From the IMG/VR virus record IMGVR_UViG_3300031414_000013, positions 33,081 through 97,080 of that record: 64,000 nucleotides of DNA, one strand, 5' to 3'. This DNA is from a virus. The notes under the pieces were generated by a model. That model worked only from the letters and a program-made list of their open reading frames with translations. It was not told the origin of the DNA and did no database searches. A program made the translations under genes and the position numbers. Numbering within the stretch: the first letter of the stretch is position 1; every line of letters begins with the position of its first letter. Below, in pieces: positions 11,686 to 20,698 of this stretch.

Positions 11686-11714
11686 GGATAATGTATACTT
11701 GAAACTTTGTTGAA
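11686..11714 (-). promoter_or_regulatory. Putative early (virion RNAP) promoter
   Basis: TTTCAAGTATACATTATCC, member of a 7-copy motif resembling the phiKZ early TATATTAC element. Confidence 0.7.
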
Positions 11715-11715
11715 C

Positions 11716-11760
11716 AAAAAAAGAAAAGGATAGAAAAGAGGAGACCCGAAGGTCTCCTCT
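11716..11760 (-). terminator. Hairpin with displaced T-rich tract
   Basis: AGAGGAGACC-TTCG-GGTCTCCTCT, then TTTCTATCCTTTTCTTTTTTT. Confidence 0.8.
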
Positions 11761-11770
11761 AGTTTGTTAG

Positions 11771-12337
11771 TTATGCCCGAATCTGATGTTCTGCTGCTTT
11801 ATAAATAGCGTCCATGAATTCGGTGTTTTCAGATACCGTGGCATTGAAACTCACGGGTCCATTGGACACATCGATTTTAGCTTCAACGTTGATGTCCAGA
11901 TCAGGATAACCTACCACCAACGTAACGGACTGGAGTTTGGTACCGAGATATTCTAAACGCATGCCGCCGGTGATGTTACCCTGAGTTTCAGTTTCGTAAC
12001 GAGTGGTCGTTACGGACGCAAAGTCCTCAATCATTACTTCGTTGTCCACCAGCCAGCTAGCGCCTTTACGACCATGTTCGATGAGGTCACGGATCTCAGC
12101 GCGCTCAGTATCAGACAACGCATTGTCTGCATTGTAGGACTGCACGTAAAGCGTACGCTCAAACTCACCGGTTTCAGCATAGCTAGACAACGGACGGGTT
12201 TCCCAGATCGGTTGAGTGGACATTGTGTCGCCAGTTGCACGATCCTGTACAACGATTTCGCCAACGCACGATTCGTCTGATTCTACGATGATAGCAAAAC
12301 GGACATTGGTAAGAGCGATAGAAAGAATAGATTTCAT
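11771..12337 (-). CDS. Hypothetical early protein (monocistronic cassette)
   Basis: 188 aa between early promoter and terminator; RBS TAAGGAATC. Confidence 0.8.
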   Translation of the reverse strand: MKSILSIALTNVRFAIIVESDESCVGEIVVQDRATGDTMSTQPIWETRPLSSYAETGEFERTLYVQSYNADNALSDTERAEIRDLIEHGRKGASWLVDNEVMIEDFASVTTTRYETETQGNITGGMRLEYLGTKLQSVTLVVGYPDLDINVEAKIDVSNGPVSFNATVSENTEFMDAIYKAAEHQIRA

Positions 12338-12393
12338 GTTTTGATTCCTTATAGAGATTAAGTTGAGTGAACAGCATTGTTACTGTTCACTCA

Positions 12394-12424
12394 GGTCTTA
12401 TATATCTGAAAATTTATTGAAACG
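12394..12424 (-). promoter_or_regulatory. Putative early promoter, 31-nt exact repeat copy 1
   Basis: CGTTTCAATAAATTTTCAGATATATAAGACC, identical to 50004-50034. Confidence 0.8.
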
Positions 12425-12427
12425 ACA

Positions 12428-12919
12428 CTAGCGGTCACGAACCCGCACCAGTGCATCTCCCAACATATTCAGACCACGCCAACACGTTTGATCCATGTGG
12501 TCCGGATGATCAACGTCCATCCCAATTCCCCAGAGCGTATCTGTAGGTGAGGCTTCTACCAGCAGTCGCTTACCGGTTGCTTTCAGTTCAGCCATCATCT
12601 CTGGGTTCTGTTCAAACTTGGCAGACAGTACGTCACACATCGTAGCAAATCGCTCGCCAGCCCATACCTGATCGTTGTAAGGAGATACTTCACGACCCAG
12701 CATTTTACAGATGAACGGGGCATTACGTTTGCCTGGATCTACGGCAGCGATTTTAGCAGCCACCCGGTAGTCCTTAAAGTGCATTGCCTTCAACCACATG
12801 AATGCCTGTTCTGAGCAGAAGAAATTCACGCCCGCCAAGTTAAACTCGCAACGATAGAAGTTGCTGTAGATGTCGTCCCCATAATAGAAGAAGACAAACT
12901 CATCAGTTGTCTTTACCAT
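12428..12919 (-). CDS. NADAR (YbiA-like) family protein
   Basis: YSNFY, SEQAFMWLKA..F.D, KMLGR, KFEQN, LVEASPTD..WGIG, GLNMLG. Confidence 0.93.
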   Translation of the reverse strand: MVKTTDEFVFFYYGDDIYSNFYRCEFNLAGVNFFCSEQAFMWLKAMHFKDYRVAAKIAAVDPGKRNAPFICKMLGREVSPYNDQVWAGERFATMCDVLSAKFEQNPEMMAELKATGKRLLVEASPTDTLWGIGMDVDHPDHMDQTCWRGLNMLGDALVRVRDR

Positions 12920-13163
12920 GTGTCTCCACCGTACATTCGAGGACAATAGCAGGAGGGAAGAAGTCAGGCTTGTTGGTAATGCTATCCCACTGCACCTGAA
13001 TCTGCTCACGTAGTTGCTGTTGTAATATCAGCTTGAGCTTAAACACTGGACACTGATACTTACGGCGACCTTTAGGAATGACCTGGTACGGGTTCTTACG
13101 ATGCAGGTTTTTCTTTTCCTGTCGAGTCAGAACAGCCGTTGGGTCTATGTACGACTTTGGCAT
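12903..13163 (-). CDS. Hypothetical basic protein
   Basis: 86 aa in operon. Confidence 0.55.
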   Translation of the reverse strand: MPKSYIDPTAVLTRQEKKNLHRKNPYQVIPKGRRKYQCPVFKLKLILQQQLREQIQVQWDSITNKPDFFPPAIVLECTVETHGKDN

Positions 13164-13657
13164 TTTAACATCCTCTTCATTTTCTCAGAGAAAGAAACCT
13201 TCTCTTTGATGACTGGTTCGAAATAGCTAAAGAAGGCGGCTACCGAATGACATGCGTTCGCTGCCAGGATACAATTCAACAGCACCGCATGCTCTTCGCT
13301 TTTCAGTGGGTTCAGTCCAGGCATATTGAACGGATGTCGTCTACCCGCATCGATGTTCTCCTGTGTCCACAGTGGAGCCACAGCCAACCCTGGATGTTTG
13401 TACCCAATAACATCATTCACAAGCCACGTACCGTCGCATGTGACGATCAAGGCTTTATGCGTGAGGTTGCCGTAGAAGCTATCGCCCTTCTCAAGATAGC
13501 CTTCCAGTAGGAAGTCAAGGTGCTCACGGAATGCGAATACACCAACCATGATAATCTGACTACCTGCCCATTTAGCATCTGGACCATTTTTACTGTAGGC
13601 GAAACAGAGCTGCGCTGCGCTGTCCTCCACACCGTTAGATGAAAGCATGACTCTCAT
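13145..13657 (-). CDS. Hypothetical protein, possible degenerate Ntn-fold paralog
   Basis: WAGSQIIMVG...ALIVT..TWLV parallels WGKEVILAVAG...MLVLT..CYEV of 14474..15118. Confidence 0.5.
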   Translation of the reverse strand: MRVMLSSNGVEDSAAQLCFAYSKNGPDAKWAGSQIIMVGVFAFREHLDFLLEGYLEKGDSFYGNLTHKALIVTCDGTWLVNDVIGYKHPGLAVAPLWTQENIDAGRRHPFNMPGLNPLKSEEHAVLLNCILAANACHSVAAFFSYFEPVIKEKVSFSEKMKRMLKCQSRT

Positions 13658-14103
13658 TGGAGACTCCCGTTAAATACGTACTCGAGTTTACCACGACGAT
13701 ACGCACCTTTAACAACTTCATCTAGTGAGTAGCCATAGCGATTAACAAAGATCCTACTGTACTGACCTAGTAGCTCCTCAGACACGGTCACGAGCGGTGC
13801 GCTGGTCTCCAGAAGCTCCATGCCTCGCTCTAGGAGTCGTAACCCTAAGCCAGTGTTCTGATGACTTGGGGAGACCCTTACACAACGTAGTTTCTTTTCG
13901 TCCCCATTTTTAGCCAAAACAAAACCGGCCAGCGTCCCGCCAACAAAAGCTCCTATTGCTAGGTTGCTTTCATTGGCGGGGTCAGATAGGACTTTGTTAC
14001 GATACCAGTTGTCAATGTTCGGGTAGTACTGATCTAATGTCAGCAGGGATGGAGTGAGGAGCCGAAGCTCCTCCAACGTGTTAAGTTTTCTTATTTCTAA
14101 CAT
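13654..14103 (-). CDS. GNAT acetyltransferase
   Basis: KLRCVRVSPSHQNTGLGLRLL acetyl-CoA binding motif A. Confidence 0.85.
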   Translation of the reverse strand: MLEIRKLNTLEELRLLTPSLLTLDQYYPNIDNWYRNKVLSDPANESNLAIGAFVGGTLAGFVLAKNGDEKKLRCVRVSPSHQNTGLGLRLLERGMELLETSAPLVTVSEELLGQYSRIFVNRYGYSLDEVVKGAYRRGKLEYVFNGSLQ

Positions 14104-14464
14104 TGTTCAACCAGAAGACAAACCGTAACCAAAGTCGGCCCCACCAATGCTTGTTCAATTTAGTGAACATCTGAACCGACTCACCCATTTCTTTAAAGAC
14201 TTCGGAGTTGGAGAAAACACCAACCTGACCGTATGGCGTATGCAATGCCGCATACCAACCGTAGGCGTCGTCTGGTTTATCCTTGATCTCCTTAAGCTCC
14301 CAGCCAGGATAGCTCTCCGCAATAACATCACGCATTGCACCTGGGTCGTACAGATAGTCAGTGCGAAGACTATCTTTGATATGTTCGGGCGCGTTGTCGT
14401 GCCACCAGTCACGAGCCGCTGGATTTTCATCAAGCCACTCTTTTGCTATTTTCAAACTATCCAT
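14081..14464 (-). CDS. Hypothetical Trp-rich protein
   Basis: 127 aa, AAGGA RBS. Confidence 0.7.
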   Translation of the reverse strand: MDSLKIAKEWLDENPAARDWWHDNAPEHIKDSLRTDYLYDPGAMRDVIAESYPGWELKEIKDKPDDAYGWYAALHTPYGQVGVFSNSEVFKEMGESVQMFTKLNKHWWGRLWLRFVFWLNNVRNKKT

Positions 14465-14473
14465 TGTGATTCC

Positions 14474-15118
14474 TTAATATTTAAATGTGTTGTTGTACCA
14501 AGTGCCGAATCTTACCGCATAGCTAAGCAAGCAACCGTAGTACACGCGAAGCATTGGATAACGATAGTGCTTAGTGACCATCTTAGGTTCACGCGCATTT
14601 GTATCGTACATACGCAGGTATCCACCGCAGCCAGCCGATAAGGCTATCGCTGCACAGACAGTACCAATTTCATCTGTCTTGAAAAACCGTGTGATGACTT
14701 CCACCGGAGCACGCCCAGATCCAATGCATACGAATTCATCACGCTTGTGATTTTTAACCACAAATGCTGAACCTTCACTTGACCGACGGAAGTTGACTTC
14801 GTAGCAATGGTTAGCTGTCAAGACTAACATAGTGCAATCCAACCCAACTGCCGCTTTTATAGCACGCAACACTTTATACGAGTCGAGTGCTTCCTTGCCG
14901 CCCTTTAGTAGCATTTCCGTTGCGATAGTGATTGCATCAGACGCACCTGCACCAGCAACAGCCAGGATAACCTCTTTACCCCAAACCGCAAGTTTCTCCT
15001 CTTGCCTATATGCCGGGTAAGGTGTGATCTTTACAATGTTATCGTGTTGAGACACACCGCGTGCTACCGTTCTTGAGTCCGCATAAAAGACACCATCGCG
15101 CTGAACAATGACCGTCAT
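14474..15118 (-). CDS. Second HslV/proteasome-beta-like Ntn peptidase
   Basis: M-TVIV, YADSR, IVKI, VAGAG, CIGSG, SAGCGG. Confidence 0.75.
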   Translation of the reverse strand: MTVIVQRDGVFYADSRTVARGVSQHDNIVKITPYPAYRQEEKLAVWGKEVILAVAGAGASDAITIATEMLLKGGKEALDSYKVLRAIKAAVGLDCTMLVLTANHCYEVNFRRSSEGSAFVVKNHKRDEFVCIGSGRAPVEVITRFFKTDEIGTVCAAIALSAGCGGYLRMYDTNAREPKMVTKHYRYPMLRVYYGCLLSYAVRFGTWYNNTFKY

Positions 15119-15120
15119 CA

Positions 15121-15453
15121 TTACTCCTTAATTAACACCAGAACTTCACCGTCCATATCCGCTACACCAGCAGCATAGACCAACGCATCCTCGACACCCA
15201 GGCCGTTAGAGTCGCCTTCCAGTAGCAATTCAATTATGCGACTGGCTAGCCAGGTCGGCAACGTATGCGTAGTGTTGCCTTTGACTAAAGCAACCGTGTT
15301 TACTTTGTCATACGGACCTTCAAAATAAATCATGAAGGAATGTGACGGCGTGATGCACTTCCGGTCAACAACACGATTGACTTTATAAAGAAGTACGGTG
15401 TCCCAAACTGTAAACTGACGCTTGGTCACTTGGATTGGGTTTTTGTTGATCAT
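15121..15453 (-). CDS. Hypothetical protein
   Basis: 110 aa, translationally coupled. Confidence 0.6.
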   Translation of the reverse strand: MINKNPIQVTKRQFTVWDTVLLYKVNRVVDRKCITPSHSFMIYFEGPYDKVNTVALVKGNTTHTLPTWLASRIIELLLEGDSNGLGVEDALVYAAGVADMDGEVLVLIKE

Positions 15454-15731
15454 ACGACCTCCGGGTGCGTGTTATAGATGACCCATTGTTTACAGCGTTC
15501 CATGATTTCCTCTACGGCATCGCGCTCCACACCTGCGTCCAACAAACCAGTCTCGATGTCCGGTAAGGTTTGGAAGTCCCAACGGCCGTCGGCTCGCGCT
15601 GCCGTAATAAAAGCTATCCAGTCTACCCGCATTTTTCTTTTTACGATGATCTCATTTAAAGAAACGTCGAGTGGTAATCCGTGGGTTGCTTTGAGTTGAA
15701 ACAGTTTGTCGCCTGGAAATAAAATAGACAC
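15450..15731 (-). CDS. Alanyl-tRNA synthetase helical-fragment-like protein
   Basis: PGDKLFQLKATHGLPLDV...MRVDW..F resembles AlaRS G..AF.LYDTYGFP.D...VD...F. Confidence 0.65.
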   Translation of the reverse strand: MSILFPGDKLFQLKATHGLPLDVSLNEIIVKRKMRVDWIAFITAARADGRWDFQTLPDIETGLLDAGVERDAVEEIMERCKQWVIYNTHPEVV

Positions 15732-15750
15732 GGCGGCTCCCTAATAAAGT

Positions 15751-15786
15751 GACGTAATAAAACCAGGTACGGGTTTCCGTACCTGG
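15751..15786 (-). terminator. Intrinsic terminator
   Basis: CCAGGTACGG/CCGTACCTGG followed by TTTTATTAC. Confidence 0.75.
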
Positions 15787-15797
15787 CTAGTATGCTG

Positions 15798-16394
15798 TTA
15801 CTTGCTGGTTGAAGACCGTGAGAAGCTCACAGGTTCATTCAGTCCGGTCTCAAAAGCCTTGCGCGAGTGGGAATCACTTACCACTTTGCAGACTTCTTTC
15901 AGATCAATCTTCGGATACCCAGCGAAGCGCAGGAAGGCACCGCCAATAACAAAGTTCAGACGCTTCTGGTAATCACGACAAGATTCAATCTTCCGTGACT
16001 GTGAGATCTGGAACTCTTTACGGCCACCGTTAATAATGTCTTGCACTTTGGCATACACAGACGAATCGAGAGTCGGGTTCTGCTCTTTGATCCACTGCAT
16101 GGTTGCCTTAGACCCTTCCGCACCATAGCGCCCGGTCATTGCCGCAGCCAGTGAGTCCTGGAAGTCCTGAGCATACACGTTAACGATACCGGCCTGTTCC
16201 TTGATGTTCGTGGTAACAGACGAGAGTACGTTCTCGCTATCGCTATTCAGCGCTTCGATGTTTGCTTCCATTGTTGCACCAGTGTTAGATGCCGAGATGT
16301 AGCTAACTACCACACCTACCACACCGGCTGCCAGAAGCAACACAATACCAATCAGGATCAGGGTACCCAGATTCAAACTTTTCTTATCAGACAT
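15798..16394 (-). CDS. LemA-like membrane-anchored helical protein
   Basis: Single N-terminal TM, coiled coil, WIKEQNPTL motif. Confidence 0.6.
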   Translation of the reverse strand: MSDKKSLNLGTLILIGIVLLLAAGVVGVVVSYISASNTGATMEANIEALNSDSENVLSSVTTNIKEQAGIVNVYAQDFQDSLAAAMTGRYGAEGSKATMQWIKEQNPTLDSSVYAKVQDIINGGRKEFQISQSRKIESCRDYQKRLNFVIGGAFLRFAGYPKIDLKEVCKVVSDSHSRKAFETGLNEPVSFSRSSTSK

Positions 16395-16404
16395 CTTACT
16401 TTCC

Positions 16405-17466
16405 TTAAGCGAAATCATTTCGTTTCATGTAGAGGCTCACCGCGATACTGGCGGTCAGATTAATTACTACAAAGATTAACACACCCCACCAACTAGGCTG
16501 GTAGCTGTCTTCCAAATACGCAAAGGTTTGTGCGGGCAAGCGCTCGTACTTTCCTTTTATTACCGCGTACTGTTTGGTGACGAGGTCCAGGTTTAAAGTC
16601 TGCCCCGATGCAATCGTAGCCAGCTCAGATAACAAAACCTGATTGCCCTGTCCATCACCATAAGTCATTGCACGGAACCATTTGATTTTACCTGTTGGTT
16701 CTACGCCGTACATCAGAACTGTGTCGTTCTTACGGACACCTTTCCAATATTCATTGATCACCTCAAAGTAGTCATCGTCTTTTGACGTAACTAACATCGT
16801 GATGTTCAACTGTTTCGCCTTACCGTCCACTTTAAGGGCATCGTCCAGATACTCTTTGATAGTAGACAAATCCATCTGCGTTTCGTTGACAATACGGTTA
16901 AAGCGATAGTAGTCGTATACGCGAGGATACTTAGGCAACTCTACACCCTTGTATTTCTCACGCACAGTAGCTGAGGTATTGAAACGATCCTCATCAACCA
17001 TCAGATAACTACGCACGCTCTCTTCCGCAGAAGCAGCTTCGCCAATCTTAACTGCTAGCCAACGAGGAGGTGGTGTGAGTCCACGCCTGTCCACACGTTC
17101 AATCGAACTACTGCCTACTGTACTGTCAACATTCCAATCCACGTCGTATGCGTGGTCCTTACAGTAAACGGGATGGCAAGTACGATTCTTACCCGACCCG
17201 CTACAAGACTGCCCGCAAACGTGCTCATGCTCACAAGTAACATGCTCAGAGTACTTCTTTGTTACTACACCGTTCAAGATATCAAAGTCCGACATGGCGT
17301 GGTACTTACCAATGGACAAAAAGCCTATACATAGGACAGTAGTGACAACGCAGGCGAGTAACTGATAGCCCCACTCTTTTAGAGTTATTTCGTGTGGCCA
17401 TAAAACTTTAGTAAAGATCGCAACGATTATACTTGGCGCTGCGATGAGAAACCAATAAATGCCCAT
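16405..17466 (-). CDS. Membrane protein with Cys-rich segment and TPM-like periplasmic domain
   Basis: 2 N-terminal TM and 1 C-terminal TM; CEHEHVC...TCHPVYC; YWKGVRKNDTVL. Confidence 0.6.
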   Translation of the reverse strand: MGIYWFLIAAPSIIVAIFTKVLWPHEITLKEWGYQLLACVVTTVLCIGFLSIGKYHAMSDFDILNGVVTKKYSEHVTCEHEHVCGQSCSGSGKNRTCHPVYCKDHAYDVDWNVDSTVGSSSIERVDRRGLTPPPRWLAVKIGEAASAEESVRSYLMVDEDRFNTSATVREKYKGVELPKYPRVYDYYRFNRIVNETQMDLSTIKEYLDDALKVDGKAKQLNITMLVTSKDDDYFEVINEYWKGVRKNDTVLMYGVEPTGKIKWFRAMTYGDGQGNQVLLSELATIASGQTLNLDLVTKQYAVIKGKYERLPAQTFAYLEDSYQPSWWGVLIFVVINLTASIAVSLYMKRNDFA

Positions 17467-17507
17467 AGCGCTTTTCCGAAGAAGGGGCGACTAGCGCCCC
17501 TGTAGTG

Positions 17508-17984
17508 TTATCCAGCCAAATAGACAACTACGTTATCGCTAGCGACACCAGAGATCGCACGAAACGTTTTGTCGTAGGAGAACAACCCAAAGTAACGAGA
17601 GGCTTCATCAATGATGATTGTATCGAACTGATTGCAATCACCTATTATCGGCGATTTACCGCGCCGTTCCTGTTCGCTGTAAAACGCACCACTCCAGATA
17701 AAGGGTTTGGGTACACCACTGAGTTCCTGCTCCCAGCGTTGTTCGAAAGACTCCCGCAAGGTCCGATCGGGGAAAACGATGAGCGTTTTACCATGGTCCT
17801 TCAGAGCCAGATTACGCACGGTATGTGTCATGCCTGTCTGTCTTGTACCCCGAAAGCCAATCGTTCTGAACTCAGCGATCGCCCTGTAGCGCGGACTGTT
17901 GATACACATGGCTCTATCTGAGTCCAATGCGACTACACCCTTTAACAGTTCTTCCACCACTGCGTTATAGTTTACGCGGGTCAT
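17508..17984 (-). CDS. Small terminase/helicase-like ATPase domain with degenerate Walker A
   Basis: RGTRQTGMT and IIIDEA. Confidence 0.55.
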   Translation of the reverse strand: MTRVNYNAVVEELLKGVVALDSDRAMCINSPRYRAIAEFRTIGFRGTRQTGMTHTVRNLALKDHGKTLIVFPDRTLRESFEQRWEQELSGVPKPFIWSGAFYSEQERRGKSPIIGDCNQFDTIIIDEASRYFGLFSYDKTFRAISGVASDNVVVYLAG

Positions 17985-18011
17985 AGAAACTTCCTCTCTT
18001 TTATTAGTTGA

Positions 18012-18515
18012 TTAATCGATGCGCACTTCTGTGCCGCTGGCGTAATACTTAGTGCGAGTAAGCACGTAACCAGTTTCATCGATGTTGATTTGAATGTCGT
18101 TGATAAAACGACTCATTGACGGTACGTACTCACCGGTATCCAGAACCAGACGTTCGGTGTTTAATACACGACCGATTGCATGGGACGCGATACTGATGGC
18201 ACTTACCACTTTCAGCGGGATGTTTTCGATTAACAGATCATCATTGACCTGGTCATCTTCTAACTCTAGCTTATCTACTTCGACGGTATCACGAAGCTCT
18301 TTGACCGCTTGCAATAGCGTCTCGTATTTTTCCAACGCCGCAGGAAGCAGATCTTCCCGGGTCACCTTTACAACCAGCAGCAGTTTAGTCACACGCCGGT
18401 CGACTACGATACCACTTAAACCTAATGAGGTATAAGGATACATCGCTTCTACGTTAATGTGTTGTTGGTCTTGCAACTGTGCTGGGGTGAATGGTAACTT
18501 GCGTTCTTTCATCAT
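18012..18515 (-). CDS. Hypothetical protein
   Basis: 167-aa ORF. Confidence 0.7.
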   Translation of the reverse strand: MMKERKLPFTPAQLQDQQHINVEAMYPYTSLGLSGIVVDRRVTKLLLVVKVTREDLLPAALEKYETLLQAVKELRDTVEVDKLELEDDQVNDDLLIENIPLKVVSAISIASHAIGRVLNTERLVLDTGEYVPSMSRFINDIQINIDETGYVLTRTKYYASGTEVRID

Positions 18516-19198
18516 GCGTCCTTCAACATAGTTGCGTTATCGGCCAGGTACACCTGGAGCATGGACTTCTCATCCGCACCACGGAATTCACCGAAGTACG
18601 TATCTGACGCAAAGACCAGTTTGGAGACATGACCTGCACGCTTCAGGTTCTGATTTCCATTGAAGGCATCTACGTCAACCAGACGACGCGGCGTACCGTG
18701 TTGGTCTGGGATATAAAGGTTAACGTAAGAACCGTTAGAGATTGTAACATCGCCGTAGCCAGTCGGAATAAACTTCTCTTCTGACAGATGATAGTCGTCA
18801 CGCATCAGTGTGAGTTTGTCGTTCCCAGTTACGCTAAAGAGCAGAGCACTGAGTTGACGCATCAGGTCCAAACGATCAACCACGAACTGCTGATCGATGT
18901 GCGGACCCAGTACGAACGTTACTTCTTCGTACGGCGTGTTGGTGTCATCCCCTTCACTCTCCACGCCACTGCCAGTCACTACGAAACGACTGGTGGTCTG
19001 TGGTGGCCAATTAGCTTCAACGTCAGAGAACTTAAAATCGGCGGCCAGCTCGCCGTGGTAGGTTGTCAATCCATCCTTAGCCCAGCTAACCCCGGTGGAG
19101 AACATTAACAGCCCAAAAGCTTCACGCAGTCCAATGTGGATGGAGGTTTCGTTATCCAGTTGCAGTGCGATACGGTCTACTACAGAAGATACTTTCAT
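18512..19198 (-). CDS. Hypothetical protein
   Basis: 228 aa, AAAGGAAA RBS. Confidence 0.75.
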   Translation of the reverse strand: MKVSSVVDRIALQLDNETSIHIGLREAFGLLMFSTGVSWAKDGLTTYHGELAADFKFSDVEANWPPQTTSRFVVTGSGVESEGDDTNTPYEEVTFVLGPHIDQQFVVDRLDLMRQLSALLFSVTGNDKLTLMRDDYHLSEEKFIPTGYGDVTISNGSYVNLYIPDQHGTPRRLVDVDAFNGNQNLKRAGHVSKLVFASDTYFGEFRGADEKSMLQVYLADNATMLKDA

Positions 19199-19236
19199 TT
19201 TGTTTCCTTTACTAAGTGTGAGGGTAAAAGCGAGGA

Positions 19237-20259
19237 TTACTCGCCTACATTTGCATAGACGGGAACTACACGAACAACGCCATAGAGACCAGCTACCTTG
19301 GCGGCTTCAGTCAGACGCTCAACATCTGGGTCGCGATCTTCACGGCGGCCAAAGCGGTTGTAAGCGTCAAAAGCTTCGTTGGTGAATTCAACTTCACGCC
19401 CATCACAGACAAACTTACCGGTTACGATAAAACGATCGTCGTCTTCTTCGCAGTCTTCGATGATCAGCTTAATGGTGTCGTTAGAGTAACTCACACTCAA
19501 TGCAACATCACGACTGATACCCTGTTTGACTGCTGCCGCTTTAGCCGACTCTTCAGTGATAAAGCCTTCTTCGTTCAACAGAGTGACCAGAGACTTATCG
19601 CATAAGCCCATGCAGGTCTGCTCGCCAGAGAACTCAGCGCGGGTAGGAACACGACCCCACTCGAGATTATCCGGCAACGTGACCTTCATGTCATCGATGC
19701 GCGCATTATTGCGAATCATCTTATCGGCGAAGTTGGTAATGATACCACCATTCTTCAGGTTGTCGTATGAACCGCTATGGTGCGTCCAGATTTCCATACC
19801 GAAGTGACCGTAGTCGGCAGTATCCTCGGTATCACGCAGTCCAGCACAACCGAGAATACGAATGCCAGGTGCTGTCAGCATTGCATCCCACCGGTCAGCA
19901 GATAACTTAGTACGGTCCCACGTTTCTGTTGACACAGCCACCACGTCTGGTTCAGCGTGCGGGTTGATTTCGTGGTAGGTAACATCAGCCTGTTGGTTCA
20001 GAGCAAATGCAGTGGTGTTCTGATACGAAGGACAATCAGCACCCGACAGTACCAACGGGCTACCCTTGCGACGGATAACAGCCATCTTTTCGCTGGAGAT
20101 CTGGTAGTCAACGTTATTCAGGATACAGTGGTCATCCAGTTCGGTCAGTGTCACCACGTCGTCGTCCTCATCGCCATGTGCGATAACAACTGGTGTAGTA
20201 CCAGACACGCCATTCTGCTTCAGCTTATAAAGCAGGGTTTGTAATTGATCGATGTTCAT
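19237..20259 (-). CDS. Hypothetical multidomain protein
   Basis: 340-aa ORF. Confidence 0.75.
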   Translation of the reverse strand: MNIDQLQTLLYKLKQNGVSGTTPVVIAHGDEDDDVVTLTELDDHCILNNVDYQISSEKMAVIRRKGSPLVLSGADCPSYQNTTAFALNQQADVTYHEINPHAEPDVVAVSTETWDRTKLSADRWDAMLTAPGIRILGCAGLRDTEDTADYGHFGMEIWTHHSGSYDNLKNGGIITNFADKMIRNNARIDDMKVTLPDNLEWGRVPTRAEFSGEQTCMGLCDKSLVTLLNEEGFITEESAKAAAVKQGISRDVALSVSYSNDTIKLIIEDCEEDDDRFIVTGKFVCDGREVEFTNEAFDAYNRFGRREDRDPDVERLTEAAKVAGLYGVVRVVPVYANVGE

Positions 20260-20268
20260 TGTGTGGCC

Positions 20269-20685
20269 TTATTGAAGTAGAGTGCGGTTAAAGATCTTGT
20301 AGAGTTGGTTCAACTCCACTACCAATGCATTAGTAATGCGCTTGTCCTGCTCAATGCGGTGAGAGGCAACCTCAATGCAGCGTAACGCATCGAGTAGCGT
20401 TTGTGACTCACCAACGATGATACCCCGTGCCTCTTTAGGGATAGGGACCATAGACTCACTTGAGTCACGTTTGATTGTATCGGTCTTATACAACCATAAC
20501 GCAAAGGCATCAAACTGACAGCTCAGACCATTATAGTCTTCGGTTGTCGCCAGTGCCTCCAACACACCTGCCATCATTCGACGCGCCTCAAGATCAATGG
20601 CACAACTGCTAGCCCGATCCAACATCGGTGGATACGTCATGTAGAACTCAAACACTTCCGGGCATTTCTGTTTTAAGGTTGTCAT
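20269..20685 (-). CDS. Hypothetical protein
   Basis: 138-aa ORF. Confidence 0.7.
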   Translation of the reverse strand: MTTLKQKCPEVFEFYMTYPPMLDRASSCAIDLEARRMMAGVLEALATTEDYNGLSCQFDAFALWLYKTDTIKRDSSESMVPIPKEARGIIVGESQTLLDALRCIEVASHRIEQDKRITNALVVELNQLYKIFNRTLLQ

Positions 20686-20698
20686 TTAACCCTGCCAG

